Shown here: piece by piece, positions 1-11,923 of the stretch
How the letters are laid out: each line of letters begins with the position of its first letter
Position numbering within the stretch: the stretch's first letter is position 1
NCBI GenBank assembly: GCA_973851085.1
Contig: OZ316776.1
Span: forward strand, 6,448,001 to 6,512,000
DNA: 64,000 nt
Reading direction: 5' to 3'
Source of the DNA: Ptychomitrium polyphyllum
Lineage: Eukaryota
Notes under the pieces: model-generated
Told to the model about the DNA's origin: nothing
What the model saw: the letters and a program-made list of their open reading frames with translations, nothing else
Databases searched by the model: none
Made by a program: the position numbers and the translations under genes

Positions 1-233
1 CCAGATTGATTTGTGTGTGGGCGCAAGCCCAGCCACGAAATGTTCATTATTTTTCTAATTTTCCTGTAGGTTTTATCAGCAGATCTAGTTTCATAATTCT
101 GAAATGCTGTTATAAGATCCCATATATCAGGAGCTAGTTCTACTGCTTTAGGTTTGCATAAACACTTTTCCTGTGCTGACACAGCAATTTCATTTTCTGT
201 GTCTCAGCCGTGAAGCTCTGCTGTTTCCTGCAG

Positions 234-3200
234 GTGACCTGCTTTGTGCTTCGCAACGAAAATGCAGATCTGCTATCTAGTGTCTCTATATGGGCACAAC
301 AACCAGAAGATGGTGGAGTTGCTCTGCTTGAGCACATACTACAATTGGAGGCTTTAGAGGTAAGAAGCAATGGCATCACGTAGAGCCTGTATTACAATTT
401 ACTGATAACAGGGCTGTACTGATTGGTCGTTGAATTGTGTGAATTGTGGCAGAAGGTTGTGAATAGGAGCTTGAATGCTTCTAAGTCGCTCCGTTGCTTT
501 GATGGATGCAGGTTGATCTGTATAGGGGATACACGAAGGAGGAATACCCTTCTTTTAATGGAAATGTCTATGGTGGACAGCTGTTAGGTCAAGTAAGTCA
601 TGTATCTTTAATGCGAATCAATTTTATGTTTACTTGAGTTACCGTTAGTTGGAGGGCCTGCTTGGCATTCAACTCACTTGAAGAATCCTGTATAATGTGT
701 AAAAGAGCTTACTACGTAGTGTACGTTGCAGGGTTTAGCAGCTGCAAGCAAATCCGTTTATCCTGCTCTGCTGGTTCATAGCCTACATGCGTACTTCCTT
801 CGTACTGGGGATGATCGAAGTATGGTTCAGTTACTTGCAATAAATTCTTCTGTACACATATATGCACAGCATTTGCTAGAATTGCATTCTAATCAAGCTC
901 AGAGGAATTTTAGTTCCAAAAATAGATTTAAATGAAGATTTTTTAGACGATATACTACATACACGGATTGAATGTATTTTCTCCTCAAGCAGCTTCATTG
1001 TTTCCTAGTGCCACTGAAGACTTTCATCGTGGTTCAATTTCAATACTGACTGATGCATAACAGTTAGCCGTTCGTATTAAGATTTTGTTATAAATGCAGT
1101 GCCAATTGTCTACAAGGTAGACAGGACTCGTAATGGCCACACTATTGCAACAAGGCAGGTTTCCGCAATACAGAAGGGCAGTGTAATTTTTACAATGTAT
1201 GCCTCGTTTCAGGTGGGTATTTCAGATTCAGTCTTAGAAATACGTGTCAGGTGAAAGAAGTTATTACCGAGATTTGAAACGACGATCTCAATAGCATAAA
1301 TGCAAAGTTTCTTCGATCAGTACGAAGGAGCTTTTGAAAAGTAGTTCTAGAGCTCTGTTAGGGTGTAATCAGTGTTGGTGCTATGTGCAGGAGCACAGGG
1401 ATGTTACACAGCAAGCTGTGCGTGCAAGTTTTGTTCCTAAATTCTTATGTATACTGTCTTACAGAGAGCTGGACCTGAGGGTTTTGAACATCAAGAGTCA
1501 ATGCCAAATGTCCCTATGCCAGACCAGGTATGTACGCACATGATTGGTTGATTTTCCTGTTTCATCATTTGCGTCTTGCTGAGAGTACATGCCTATTTTG
1601 TGAGTGTTATACTTCTGCTCAACTTCGTCACTCTATTTGTTGGTACCTTTTCTGAATGTCCAGCTCCTATCCCAAGAGGAGATACGGAACAGATATTTTT
1701 ATGATCCTCGAATTCCTTTGTAAGCATCTATTTCTTTATGCTGATCCCAGTATGTAGAGAGTCTAATCAATTTCTATATAGCCATAATTTTAAGAGGTAG
1801 TCTATGTGTCTTTGCAATGCAGTAATATCTACCACCAACATGAGCTTATGTAAGTTGCATGAATATCAAAAGCTGTACTATTCCATCTGCCTTTGTCGAA
1901 CATCCAGTAATCTCCAAACACGAAAATGATGATTCCCACTGAAATGAGTCACTGAATTAAATCGGACGTGGTGTGCAGGAAAAAGAGGGAGAAACTGGCG
2001 GGTATACAATCTACAAAAGTTTATCCTCTGGACGTAAAGGAAGTCGACCCTGCCGATGAAGTAACGAAAGAAGAATTGCCATCATGGTATTTCAACTCGT
2101 GGTCCATTTTCTTTTGGGTGAGGATTGAGGGTTGGAGCGTTATTTGGTGGATGATTGCATTCTGTCTCGAGATTTTTATACTAATTCAAACTTCATACTG
2201 AGACGTGGCTGTACTTTTTCATGGTTACTGACTTTGACGTCAAGTGGTGCAGGCAGTGCATATAGTTTAAATCCAAGGGCAAATTGACTGATGAGCCTGC
2301 TCTTCATCGGTATACTTACAAACTCTGGGCGCAATTACTCAATTAACAGCATTTTGTGTTCTCCATGACATGCGATTCGTTCAACGCTTGTTTTTAACTG
2401 GAAGCACGTTTATGATGTGATTTAACAGCTCTGATTAGCACCCATCACGATTTTACTGGTGGTCGTTCATGACATTTTAGAAACATAAATGCTCAGTCTT
2501 AGGGAGGATTGAACAATCACACTATTGGGAGTTCGTACGCTATAACTTATTTGGACATGGCTTTAGGACCTGGCAACATTTGCACAGTCAAGCACCTACA
2601 ATTGGGCAATTTCGTTATTTTGAAAGCAAGTTTTTGATGTTTCTCATTGAACTGGTATATTTAGGTGTGCAGCTGTATATGCATCTGATTGGACGTTCCT
2701 AGACACAGCGAGGCGGCCACATCGGAAAGTACCTCTTCAGTTACTTAGTCTGGATCACTCGTACGTCTTTCCTTACCTGCTTCATTTAACCATTTTCTTT
2801 GAGTGTTTGATAGCCACTTGTGCGGTCTAACTCTCTAGTCTGCAGGTTATACGGGTCCTATATGTCTTTGCCAGAAAGCTGTCTTGCTCTGGCATAATTG
2901 TTCATTGAATCGTGGTTCTGTTGCAGCATGTGGTTTCACAAGCCGTTTAGAGCTGATGAATGGCTGCTCTTTGTGGTATGTTTTCAGTCTTTCCTTCTTG
3001 AAGTGGTGGGACATTAGCTTATTTACACTGGATTGCCACTGCAATAGATGAAGTAATGTATTCAGAGTGTAAAGTATACCGTACACCGAAAAAGAGCATT
3101 CCATGAAAATGGCTGTCAAGAATTTAATGTGATGCATTTGTACGCACCTACTTATGTCGAAAACTTAGATGCTAGTGTAGATGATAATGTTATTGGGACT

Positions 3201-3564
3201 CTAAACATTCGGTTGTCCAACATGAGAATGCACGCTGTATCTTAATGAAATTGGAATGATTTTGCAGCAATCGAGCCCTTGTGCAAGCAATGGTCGAGGA
3301 TCAGTATATGGGCATTTTTTTAACCAAAATGGAGAGGTATAGAGATGTGGCTGTTTGTTTATCTTTTCTTCCTTTACTGCTTTTTTGCAAAGTTGAAGTG
3401 AGGCTTTGTAGCAACTAAATTGAAAGTAAGACCCATCAAGCATCTAATAGTACCAAATTTTGCTTTGTTTAACTACCTTGCAGCTTCTCATGTCAGCTTC
3501 TCAAGAAGGATTGATGCGGAAATTCCAAAAGTCAGACCGACCGACAACCAAGTCCAAGCTCTGA
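234..3564 (+). CDS. Peroxisomal acyl-CoA thioesterase II (TesB/ACOT8/ACH2-like); 5' end lies outside the window; one in-frame TAG
   Basis: Hand-spliced GT-AG exons 234-359, 512-592, 732-819, 1100-1212, 1465-1527, 1664-1719, 1979-2086, 2253-2309, 2665-2760, 2927-2975, 3268-3336, 3484-3564 keep frame. They give thioesterase II motifs VYGGQLLGQ, VHSLHAYFL, GFEHQ, LHRCAAVYASD, SLDHSMWFHKPFRADEWLL and SQEGL, and a C-terminal PTS1 SKL-stop. In-frame TAG at 2263-2265. Confidence 0.92.
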
Positions 3565-5552
3565 GATTGCTGATGCTGGCTGCATCTATTAATGCAAAAT
3601 TTACTCCATATCGAAGCAGATAAAATGAATATTGAAACAACTTCACGTTTGTTGCTCTGTCAAGTCCTACTGCGTTCCAGTTTTGCTTGCACTGTGGATT
3701 CTGTTCTGTGCTTTTTCAAGTGATTTCATCACTCTCATGATCTGAATGTACTTCGACTGCGGCCTTCAGGTTAATAAAGACAACCAAGGTATCTTAGAAA
3801 GAAAGGTATTGTTACGTATAGGACCTAGCACTCAGGGCCCAAAGGTATGTCAAGCTGAGAAAATTCTTGTTTTCGTTCTTGATGCTGCTCTAAGTACTGT
3901 ACAGTAGGACATACTATTTTCGAAAGAATGTAGGGATTCTTATATCATCTGTTTTTTTAATTGTGCACCACTTACATAAGGATCGCATTGCAATGTCTCA
4001 GGTGAAAAGCTTAAAAAATCTCCTGTTCTCCTACGGGTGATGTCCTGTCAGCACAAGAGTCTTGCATTTTTATGTTACCAATGCAACTTATGGGCTTTGC
4101 TTCATCTGTTTAAAGAGGAATTTATAAATAAGGAATTATACTTCTGCCCGTAACCTGCAGTATAGATCCTGGAATATCAAATGAATGGATCAATATCAGA
4201 AGCAAGGAGAAGAGCCACGGGATGATTCTTAACTCCCGGGTCCACATTATCCCACACTAATTCATGATGATAATGCATGATGCCAGTCTTCAAACCTGCG
4301 GCACGCAGCCCTGGTACAACTAAATGCCTTAATACCCATCTCATGGATATCCGTTGGAGTGCAACATTGGGGTGCTTGTGGAGCAGGCTATTCTAGATGC
4401 GGGAAGAGTGCAACCATAGGTAGATGCAGGGCAGTATCACGGATAGACCTGCAGCACGATAGGTAGAGGTAATATAAGCGCGTTGACGGGTTCTGAATGG
4501 CACTTTGGAGCCGTTTCTCGGAACAATATCTGTGAGATGTCGGTGGACCTGGGAAGTACCATCTGAGACCTCCTCAATGACTTTGCAAAGTCACAGCACA
4601 GTACCAGCCGGAAGTGGTGCGCACACAACTTTTGAAGTGGTGTGCACGCAGCTTTTGATTTGGGCACTACAAGCACGGAGCTGAGGGCGCCGATCAGAAG
4701 AACCTTGCGATGTTGCAGCCTGATCCATGTGTTTTTATCAGGAAAGCGCCGACCACGTGACGTTACTTAGGCGGAATCATAACCGATGATTGAGAAAAGT
4801 TTGCTGATGATGACGCGTTCGTCTTAACAATATCATTATTGTGTACACATTACACCCCATTTGTACTGTTAATGAGACCAATATAGCCCTGACGTGTTTG
4901 CCAAATAGTACTTTGCGATTGCGTTACATTATCAGCTGTTATGCGGGAAAACGGGATAGAGCCCATAACTGCTGGTAGCATAGACTGCATCCCTCAGTGG
5001 AAAACACTACAAGGATTGAGGCATGTTTGCAACGTTGCAAGCTACACAGGAGTGCTCAATTTTAGCAACATCGTGGTGCGTGCTTATCAGGGCATCACAC
5101 ACGTATCATGGGTGCGCTCATCAGAATGTTGCTATCAAATGTTGCAAAGTGGGGTCAATCTTTCCAGTAGTAAATCCTTGTAACGTCAGTCTGAAGATCA
5201 ACTCTTCCATACTCGTGTTAGATGTTAATTAGTGTTTTCTACTTCCTCATGTTTCGCCAGATTAATTTTCTGCATTTGCGTCATCAGGTGCATGCACTGC
5301 ATTATTTATACAGGTGGTAATGTTTGAGTAATTAAGTGCTCAGGTCGTGGAACGAAATTTAGATTGAGTAGGACAACAATCAACTCGAAGCATTGGAAAA
5401 ATTCTAGTCATGGCTGTATTCTTTTCATTACAACGAAAGGGCACTACAACGTCAAAAACTCATGAGAGGCAACGTGAGCATCATATCCTGCATTGATAAA
5501 ACCAGCTTGAAGGGCGAGTAGCTACAACACCAAGACTGAGCTAACATCGCAA

Positions 5553-6469
5553 TTAGCCAAACCAGCCGTGCTTCTTGTGTCCCGTCTCGAGCTCCTCCAG
5601 CTGCTCCCCGAAGTTCTCCTTCTTGTGGTGTCCGTAGAGAGCCGCTCCAGCACCCCCCAAGCCAACACCTTCCGCTATCTCTTCCTCCAGTTTGTGTCTC
5701 CTTGCGTTCTGGGGATCCTCCCTCTCCTCGCGCCGCTCGTACTGTAAAAAACAATTCCATCTCAACACAATCAAGTTCAATACTCAAACAACCTGCAACT
5801 CAATTTACATTACTGAGCCCACCACATGCGTCACATTTATGCAACAGGACAGTTGGTAACCAACTCTTAATGGCCGCATTTCACATACTCTTTCCCAACG
5901 CATGCAACAAGGGATCGTAAAATAGTTTAGCATGATGCATTAATATCTAAGAGTCGCAACCATGAGGAATGAACAAAGAACTACTTTGACTCTGTCTGCA
6001 GTCTTTTCTCAACCCAGATAGTGCCGATGATCCAACAACATCGGAGTTAATAATCACCACTAGTATCCTCACAACAATAGCAGACATCCAACCCATCATG
6101 AAAACTGGTAGTAGAGATGTCACTTACCATGGCAAAGCCGGCCCCAAGTAAGGCTCCCGCCTCACCCACACGCTCGGTGCGTTCATACGTCGTCTCGTGC
6201 ATCCGTGCCTGCTCAATTCCATCGAGCCGAGTCTCCGCCTCGCTCACCGTGTGCCGAGCGCCATAGCCGCCAGGCTGCACCTCGTACTCATCCGTGCGGC
6301 GCTCGTAGCCGGCCCCCTCCACTTCGTATGCTGTGTCGGTCCGGCGCCTGTAGCCCTCCATAGGCCGTCGTTCGTCGCCATACTCCTCCCGGCGCTCGAA
6401 TATCTCCTCGCGCTCCTCCTCGCGCTCCTCCTCGCGCTCGCGATGCCCGTGGTGCCCGTGGTGCGCCAT
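5553..6469 (-). CDS. ASR / ABA-WDS family stress protein, two exons
   Basis: Exons 6469-6128 and 5741-5553 join via a GT-AG intron into ERVGEAGALLGAGFAM|YERREEREDPQNARRHKLEEEIAEGVGLGGAGAALYGHHKK, the ABA/WDS domain pattern. His/Glu-rich N-terminus; ends KKHGWFG. Confidence 0.88.
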
Positions 6470-8054
6470 CGCGATGCTTACTAGCTTGACGATCGATCAG
6501 AGAGCAGGCTGCGATTCTTGAGAAACTTAATCGGCCGATTGAGACACAGGGAGACCAGAAAGACTGCGAGGATGAGCGAGTTGGAGTGAGTTCATGAGGA
6601 ACTGCTGTGGTTCATATAGTGCGGTCGTCGCTACTTCGTCCACGCTTCGTTCGTTTCCTGGCGTGGCGTCGTTCGTTAGGGGCTGCGTTCATCCCACGAT
6701 GCAGATAGCTATAAGATCTTAACCTTGAATACTTAGACACTATTTTTCGTCCAAAATTTGCTTGGTATTGCTTTGTCAAGTTTTGAGTTACCTAGAAAAT
6801 ACAGCATCTGAAAAGAATTTCTACAGCATAAGTTATGAGTGATTGAATTGGTAAGAGTCCAGTCTATAGCATAACTTTTGGCCCCTTTACTACACACTTT
6901 GGATTAGCTACAAGTTCATTCGCGGTCATTGCAAAAAATCTTCAGTCGCTGCAAAAACCTTGTGCTGTTACTGTCCGGTGCTGGGAGTGTGCTCTTAACG
7001 AACTCTCTACCCTGGTTTCAGTTTGGGTTGTTTGGTTGTGGGTGCCTGTACCCTTGACCGAGAACCCACCCCACCCAAAGTCCGGCCCCACCATCACCAA
7101 CTCTTCTCAGTTTCTGGTTGTCCAACTTTAGGGTTTAGAGCACCGCTCTCAGAAGTCGTTGTGAGTTCTCTTTGTCACTCCACCAGAATCTCACTCCAGG
7201 GTTGCAGAAGTATCACGTCTCCGCACGGTGGTGCATGGCTGCGAGCTAACGTTGGAAAGGATGCCTTGCGGCGCTGCATGGTGGAGCTGCCTTCATCCGC
7301 TTCCGTTTCAGGTCACTACCAAAACCAAACTGTCCGTTTATTGCAACCAATCACTAGCTCTCGTGCTTCTCTTGCGTTGCTTTTCTTTTCTCAGTTTCAC
7401 TTTCAAGTGAGACTTTCGAGATGTTCGTGTTGTGAGTGAATTGGTGTTGGTGATTTCCTTTTTAATATTAAGTCGGATAGAGCGCTTTGATGCACATTGG
7501 TGATTTTGCTATATTAGGGTTTGTTAGGTTTGACTGTGTGGGAGCGGAGTGACTGATTATTTAGGAGGTTGTTGCATGACTAGCGGATCAGGTGTTGATG
7601 TTTCTGTCCGGAGGAGCTTCGGCATTCTCGATTTCTCGTATTGCGTCTTCTTCGTGATTACGGGGGTTTTAGGATTCCCGGTGGAGGCAATTCATGGGCG
7701 AATTGGTGCAGTGAGGCGGGCAGGGAGCTTCTCTCTGGGGCATTTGATGAAACTGTACGGGGTTGGCAAGTTGAGCTTCACGTTATTCATTCTCCCCTTC
7801 TGAAGCTTCATGAAATTTTCCAATTTTGGAGACTAGCTTCATGAGAGGTTTGAATGCCTGGAGCAGGGAAAGAATGAGACTATCATGGAGCTGTGGCGAA
7901 GAGTATTAGGAGACGGTTGACATTTTTTAGCACTTATTTCGGTAAACCCTAGGTTTAGCTTTGATTCTTCATCGTTTTTTATTCCAACGGGTATTCGAAG
8001 GGTGTTTATTACCAACCCCAAATTTGATTTTTCGTCTGTGGCGAGTGACACGTC

Positions 8055-11009
8055 ATGGGCGTCCTCACGTCCTCGTGCAAGCTTCGCCCTCGTCGTCTTC
8101 TCTCCCTCGCCCATCGCTGCCTCGCCTCTCGCCTCTCTACCCCAGGACCTTTTTCCATCTCTCGGCTTCTCCACTCTCCCATTCCTTCCTACCGCCCTTC
8201 TTTCCCCTCCCATTCTTTTCTGCGTTCTCATTACTTCTCTCCTCTTCGCTTTGTCTCTACACACTACAACGGCGACGCTCCTGGTGATGATCATGACAAT
8301 AAGAACTCAGGTGATCAGTTTGTCTCCTGCTCTGTTGCCGCTTCTGCCGATTCGGCCTCGGATGACACTAACGACCAGCTTCCTGTCTCATCGCCTTCTC
8401 ACAGGCGCCAGCTTGACAAGGATAAAGACGCCTCTTACCAATCGTGCAGAACTAGGTTTAAGTTAGCATTTCAGAAACGGGTGTTGGATTGGCAAGATGT
8501 TCCGGGATCGTTGGATTCGTTTCCTTATTATTTAAGTGAGAATACAAGAGATGCACTTGTTGATTGCACGGCTGCGCACTTGTGGCAGCCCAAATTTGCT
8601 TCTTTTGGGTTAGGATTGCCCGTCTCCAGCCGACGAATATGTCTTCGTGGACCAGCAGGTAGCGAATTGTATCAAGAGAAACTGGTGGAGGCTCTTGCAA
8701 AGCATCTGAAGGCATCGTTGCTTGTCCTGGACAGCACAGTCCTTTCTCCGCATGATTACGGAGACGAGGAATTTTCTTCAGAATCAGATGGGGAATTTTC
8801 GGATTCGGAAGTTGAGCACGTCGAGGGATGGTCTGCCGATGGTATCAGTTCACAGGACGCGCCTGAAGATCAAGATGCTGAAAATGAAAGTTCTAAGAAT
8901 GGGGAATTAAAAGTTGATGCTCTATTAGAATTCGCTGCTGATAGTGTAGAAGAGTATAAGCAAAAACTTCTGTTACAGGAAAGGAGGGAGCGGAGGGATG
9001 CTGGTCATGAAGACGAGGATCATGATTTCAGTTTCAGGCTGAGGAAGGGTGATCGGGTTAAGTATGTTGGCAGCGGCGACAGACTTGAGCAGGCAAAACA
9101 GGTGTTAGAGGTAGGCCAAAAGGGGCGTATAGTATCTGTACCGAAGGGCCACACAGGGAAAGTAGGTGTGCAATTCGAATCTGATGATCGAAGGTGTGAA
9201 GAGTCTCTAAAGACAAATAAGAAGCTTAGAGAGTTGCATAGGACTGCCCCACTAGTCGACTGGTGTGATTTGTCAGATCTAGAACCTGACGAGAGCCCGC
9301 ATTCGGAGGAAATTGATGACTGGCTTGCTTCAGCTGAGGCTCTATGTGAGATGGCGCCATCCACAAGACCACTTGTGGTTTTCTTCCCTGATCCTAAACA
9401 ATGGTTTGAGAGGGCTGTGCCTTCGTCAAAAAGAAAGGAATTTCTTGAACGGGTCGAGGCAAAACTTGACCAGATTGAGGGTCCTATTGTACTCATTGCC
9501 AGTCGTACAAATGAAGAAGAGGTCGACTATGATGACAAAAAAAGGTTAAAGGCACATTTGGAGAGAATACGTTCAAGATTGAACATGAAGTCACCCGCAC
9601 CAAATTGGACCGTGGAGGAAGCGATTGGGCCAGAGGACATTTACGAGTTGTTTGTGAACATTATCAAGATACATGCGCCTCAGAATGAGCAGCAGCTCCT
9701 GGAATGGGGGAAGCGATTGCAGCACGATAAGGAACTTTGCAACGCCAAACGAAATCTCCAGCAGCTGCAGAAGGTTCTGGAACTTCATAACATGGACTGC
9801 GCAGAGCTCTCAGCTGTGGACTCATTTGGCCTCAATCTTACCGACTCTAAAGCGGAGAAGGTTGTTGGGTGGGCAAGAAATCATCACCTAGGGCTTTGCC
9901 TGTTTGAACCGTTACTCATTGATGGTAAGCTGATGATACCTCACGCTAGTATGGAGCGAGCAATCGCAAGAATGCGAGAGCAGGAGAACAGGAATGCTAG
10001 AAATCTGGTGGACTACAAGGTAGTTGCAGAGGATGAGTATGAGAAAGCTCTTCTGTCGGCTGTCATCCCTCCAGATGAAGTGGGGGTGAGATTTGATGAT
10101 ATTGGGGCGTTAGAGAATGTGAAGGATGCTTTAAGGGAGCTTGTTATGCTTCCCTTGCAGCGCCCAGAGCTCTTTACGAAAGGCAACTTGACAAAACCTT
10201 GCAAGGGAGTGTTGTTGTTTGGACCTCCAGGTACTGGGAAGACTCTACTTGCAAAAGCAGTAGCTACTGAAGCCGGAGCTAATTTTATCAATATTACGGG
10301 ATCGACAATCACATCTAAGTGGTTTGGAGATGCAGAGAAGTTGACGAAGGCGTTGTTTTCAGTAGCAAGGAAGCTCTCTCCTGCAGTTATATTTGTGGAT
10401 GAGGTGGATAGCTTGTTGGGTGCTCGTGGTGGTAGCTCTGAGCACGAAGCCACCCGCAAAACTCGTAATGAGTTTATGGCAGCGTGGGACGGATTGAAGT
10501 CCAAGGACAGCGAGCGAGTCCTTGTTCTTGCTGCCACAAACAGACCCTATGACCTCGATGATGCGGTCATACGGAGATTGCCGAGGAGAATACTAGTGGA
10601 TTTACCTAATTTGGAGAATCGAGTAAAAATCTTACGTGTTATTCTTGGTCAGGAAGAACTGGCGGAAAGGTTTAGCTTCGACGAACTCGCTCGCATGACA
10701 CATGGTTATTCTGGAAGTGATTTGAAAAATCTCTCTGTTACTGCAGCATACAGACCTATTCGTGAATATTTGGAGGATAGTAGACAACAGCAAATGTTGC
10801 TGGGAACTAATGAAGGTGGAGGTGCGGCAGATTCAGGTGGTGTCAGTCCAACTTTACGTGCATTACGGCTAGATGACTTCCAGGAGGCAATGAAACAGGT
10901 TGGTGCGTCAGTTGCATTTGATGCAACGAGTATGAATGAGCTCCGCCAATGGAATGACAAGTACGGAGAGGGTGGTAGTCGCAAGAAATCCACTTTTGGG
11001 TTCTCGTAG
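8055..11009 (+). CDS. AAA+ ATPase (MSP1/spastin-related plant family), intronless CDS, putative organellar transit peptide
   Basis: 984-aa ORF with Walker A GPPGTGKT, Walker B IFVDEVD, SRH AATNRPYDLDDAVIRR and the family C-terminus MNELRQWNDKYGEGGSRKK. Degenerate first AAA-like module (SFPYYLSENT, RICLRGPAGSELYQEKL). R/S/L-rich N-terminus. Confidence 0.95.
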   Translation: MGVLTSSCKLRPRRLLSLAHRCLASRLSTPGPFSISRLLHSPIPSYRPSFPSHSFLRSHYFSPLRFVSTHYNGDAPGDDHDNKNSGDQFVSCSVAASADSASDDTNDQLPVSSPSHRRQLDKDKDASYQSCRTRFKLAFQKRVLDWQDVPGSLDSFPYYLSENTRDALVDCTAAHLWQPKFASFGLGLPVSSRRICLRGPAGSELYQEKLVEALAKHLKASLLVLDSTVLSPHDYGDEEFSSESDGEFSDSEVEHVEGWSADGISSQDAPEDQDAENESSKNGELKVDALLEFAADSVEEYKQKLLLQERRERRDAGHEDEDHDFSFRLRKGDRVKYVGSGDRLEQAKQVLEVGQKGRIVSVPKGHTGKVGVQFESDDRRCEESLKTNKKLRELHRTAPLVDWCDLSDLEPDESPHSEEIDDWLASAEALCEMAPSTRPLVVFFPDPKQWFERAVPSSKRKEFLERVEAKLDQIEGPIVLIASRTNEEEVDYDDKKRLKAHLERIRSRLNMKSPAPNWTVEEAIGPEDIYELFVNIIKIHAPQNEQQLLEWGKRLQHDKELCNAKRNLQQLQKVLELHNMDCAELSAVDSFGLNLTDSKAEKVVGWARNHHLGLCLFEPLLIDGKLMIPHASMERAIARMREQENRNARNLVDYKVVAEDEYEKALLSAVIPPDEVGVRFDDIGALENVKDALRELVMLPLQRPELFTKGNLTKPCKGVLLFGPPGTGKTLLAKAVATEAGANFINITGSTITSKWFGDAEKLTKALFSVARKLSPAVIFVDEVDSLLGARGGSSEHEATRKTRNEFMAAWDGLKSKDSERVLVLAATNRPYDLDDAVIRRLPRRILVDLPNLENRVKILRVILGQEELAERFSFDELARMTHGYSGSDLKNLSVTAAYRPIREYLEDSRQQQMLLGTNEGGGAADSGGVSPTLRALRLDDFQEAMKQVGASVAFDATSMNELRQWNDKYGEGGSRKKSTFGFS

Positions 11010-11923
11010 CAACATTTTGCGATCAAGACTGCTAACTTGAAGAGTTCCGTGTGTCTGGAAGGTACATTCTTGCCGTACCGAAGGTACATTAAGAATTCGG
11101 CGCACTCAAGATTCTACTCACAGCCGGACGCAGTGAACTCATGCTTGCTATTGTACATGATTGTGAAATGCATACGCCTATTTCGACTGTTGCGTGAAAA
11201 GTCCTCAAGAACTCATTGTTGCTGTCTGGAGTTGCATCTGCACAGACAGCACTGGCTCTTTTTACAGTTTAGTTCACATGCGAATGAGCATATACATTAG
11301 AAGAGATAGATTTGCGCACGCATTTGTGCAGGTGTCGGTTGCGAACATTTGTTCAGTAGAAGCCAGTTGGAGGTTGTAAAGGACGTGAAGTTGGGGATAG
11401 GAAGAGACATCTTTAATGTTTCAAAGACTGTAGCAGGCTGTAATGTGGTAAGTGGGTCTGTCGTGCATCTACCTGCACTGGCTCCACCGACATACGATGA
11501 AACTTAAGAAGTGCCGATTGCGCTCAGAACCATAGCGTTCGGAGTTATGACGTATAGTGGACCATGAAGAAGAAATAGGCATGTGATAGGAATATACATT
11601 GTAAGTTTCTCTTTGAGATCTAGGAAACTTGCCAAAGTACTTCAAGTGTAGCAATTCATTGTTGTCCTCTTACGATCCATCTGGGTTTCACGCATTGCTT
11701 TGTAGTGACGTGGTTCGATGCTAGCTTCATTGATGGATTCTCTCTATGGGCACCAGGAGATTGAATCCTTACAATTCACCTCATTCTGCTTCTTGTGACA
11801 CTACAGAGACTCATGAACGTTTCTGAAATATTTTCACAGAGATCTGTATCTTGATGCTAACGGTGTTAGTCCAACTGACGCTGCGTAGCAGCCTCTAAAA
11901 AAGGGTGAAAGTGAGAACTGAGA

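Noticed and set aside
7839..11105. Long antisense and alternate-frame ORFs over the AAA ATPase (likewise over XTH, ASR and NDUFB7)
   Set aside because: Shadow ORFs of real coding sequence with no recognisable motifs.
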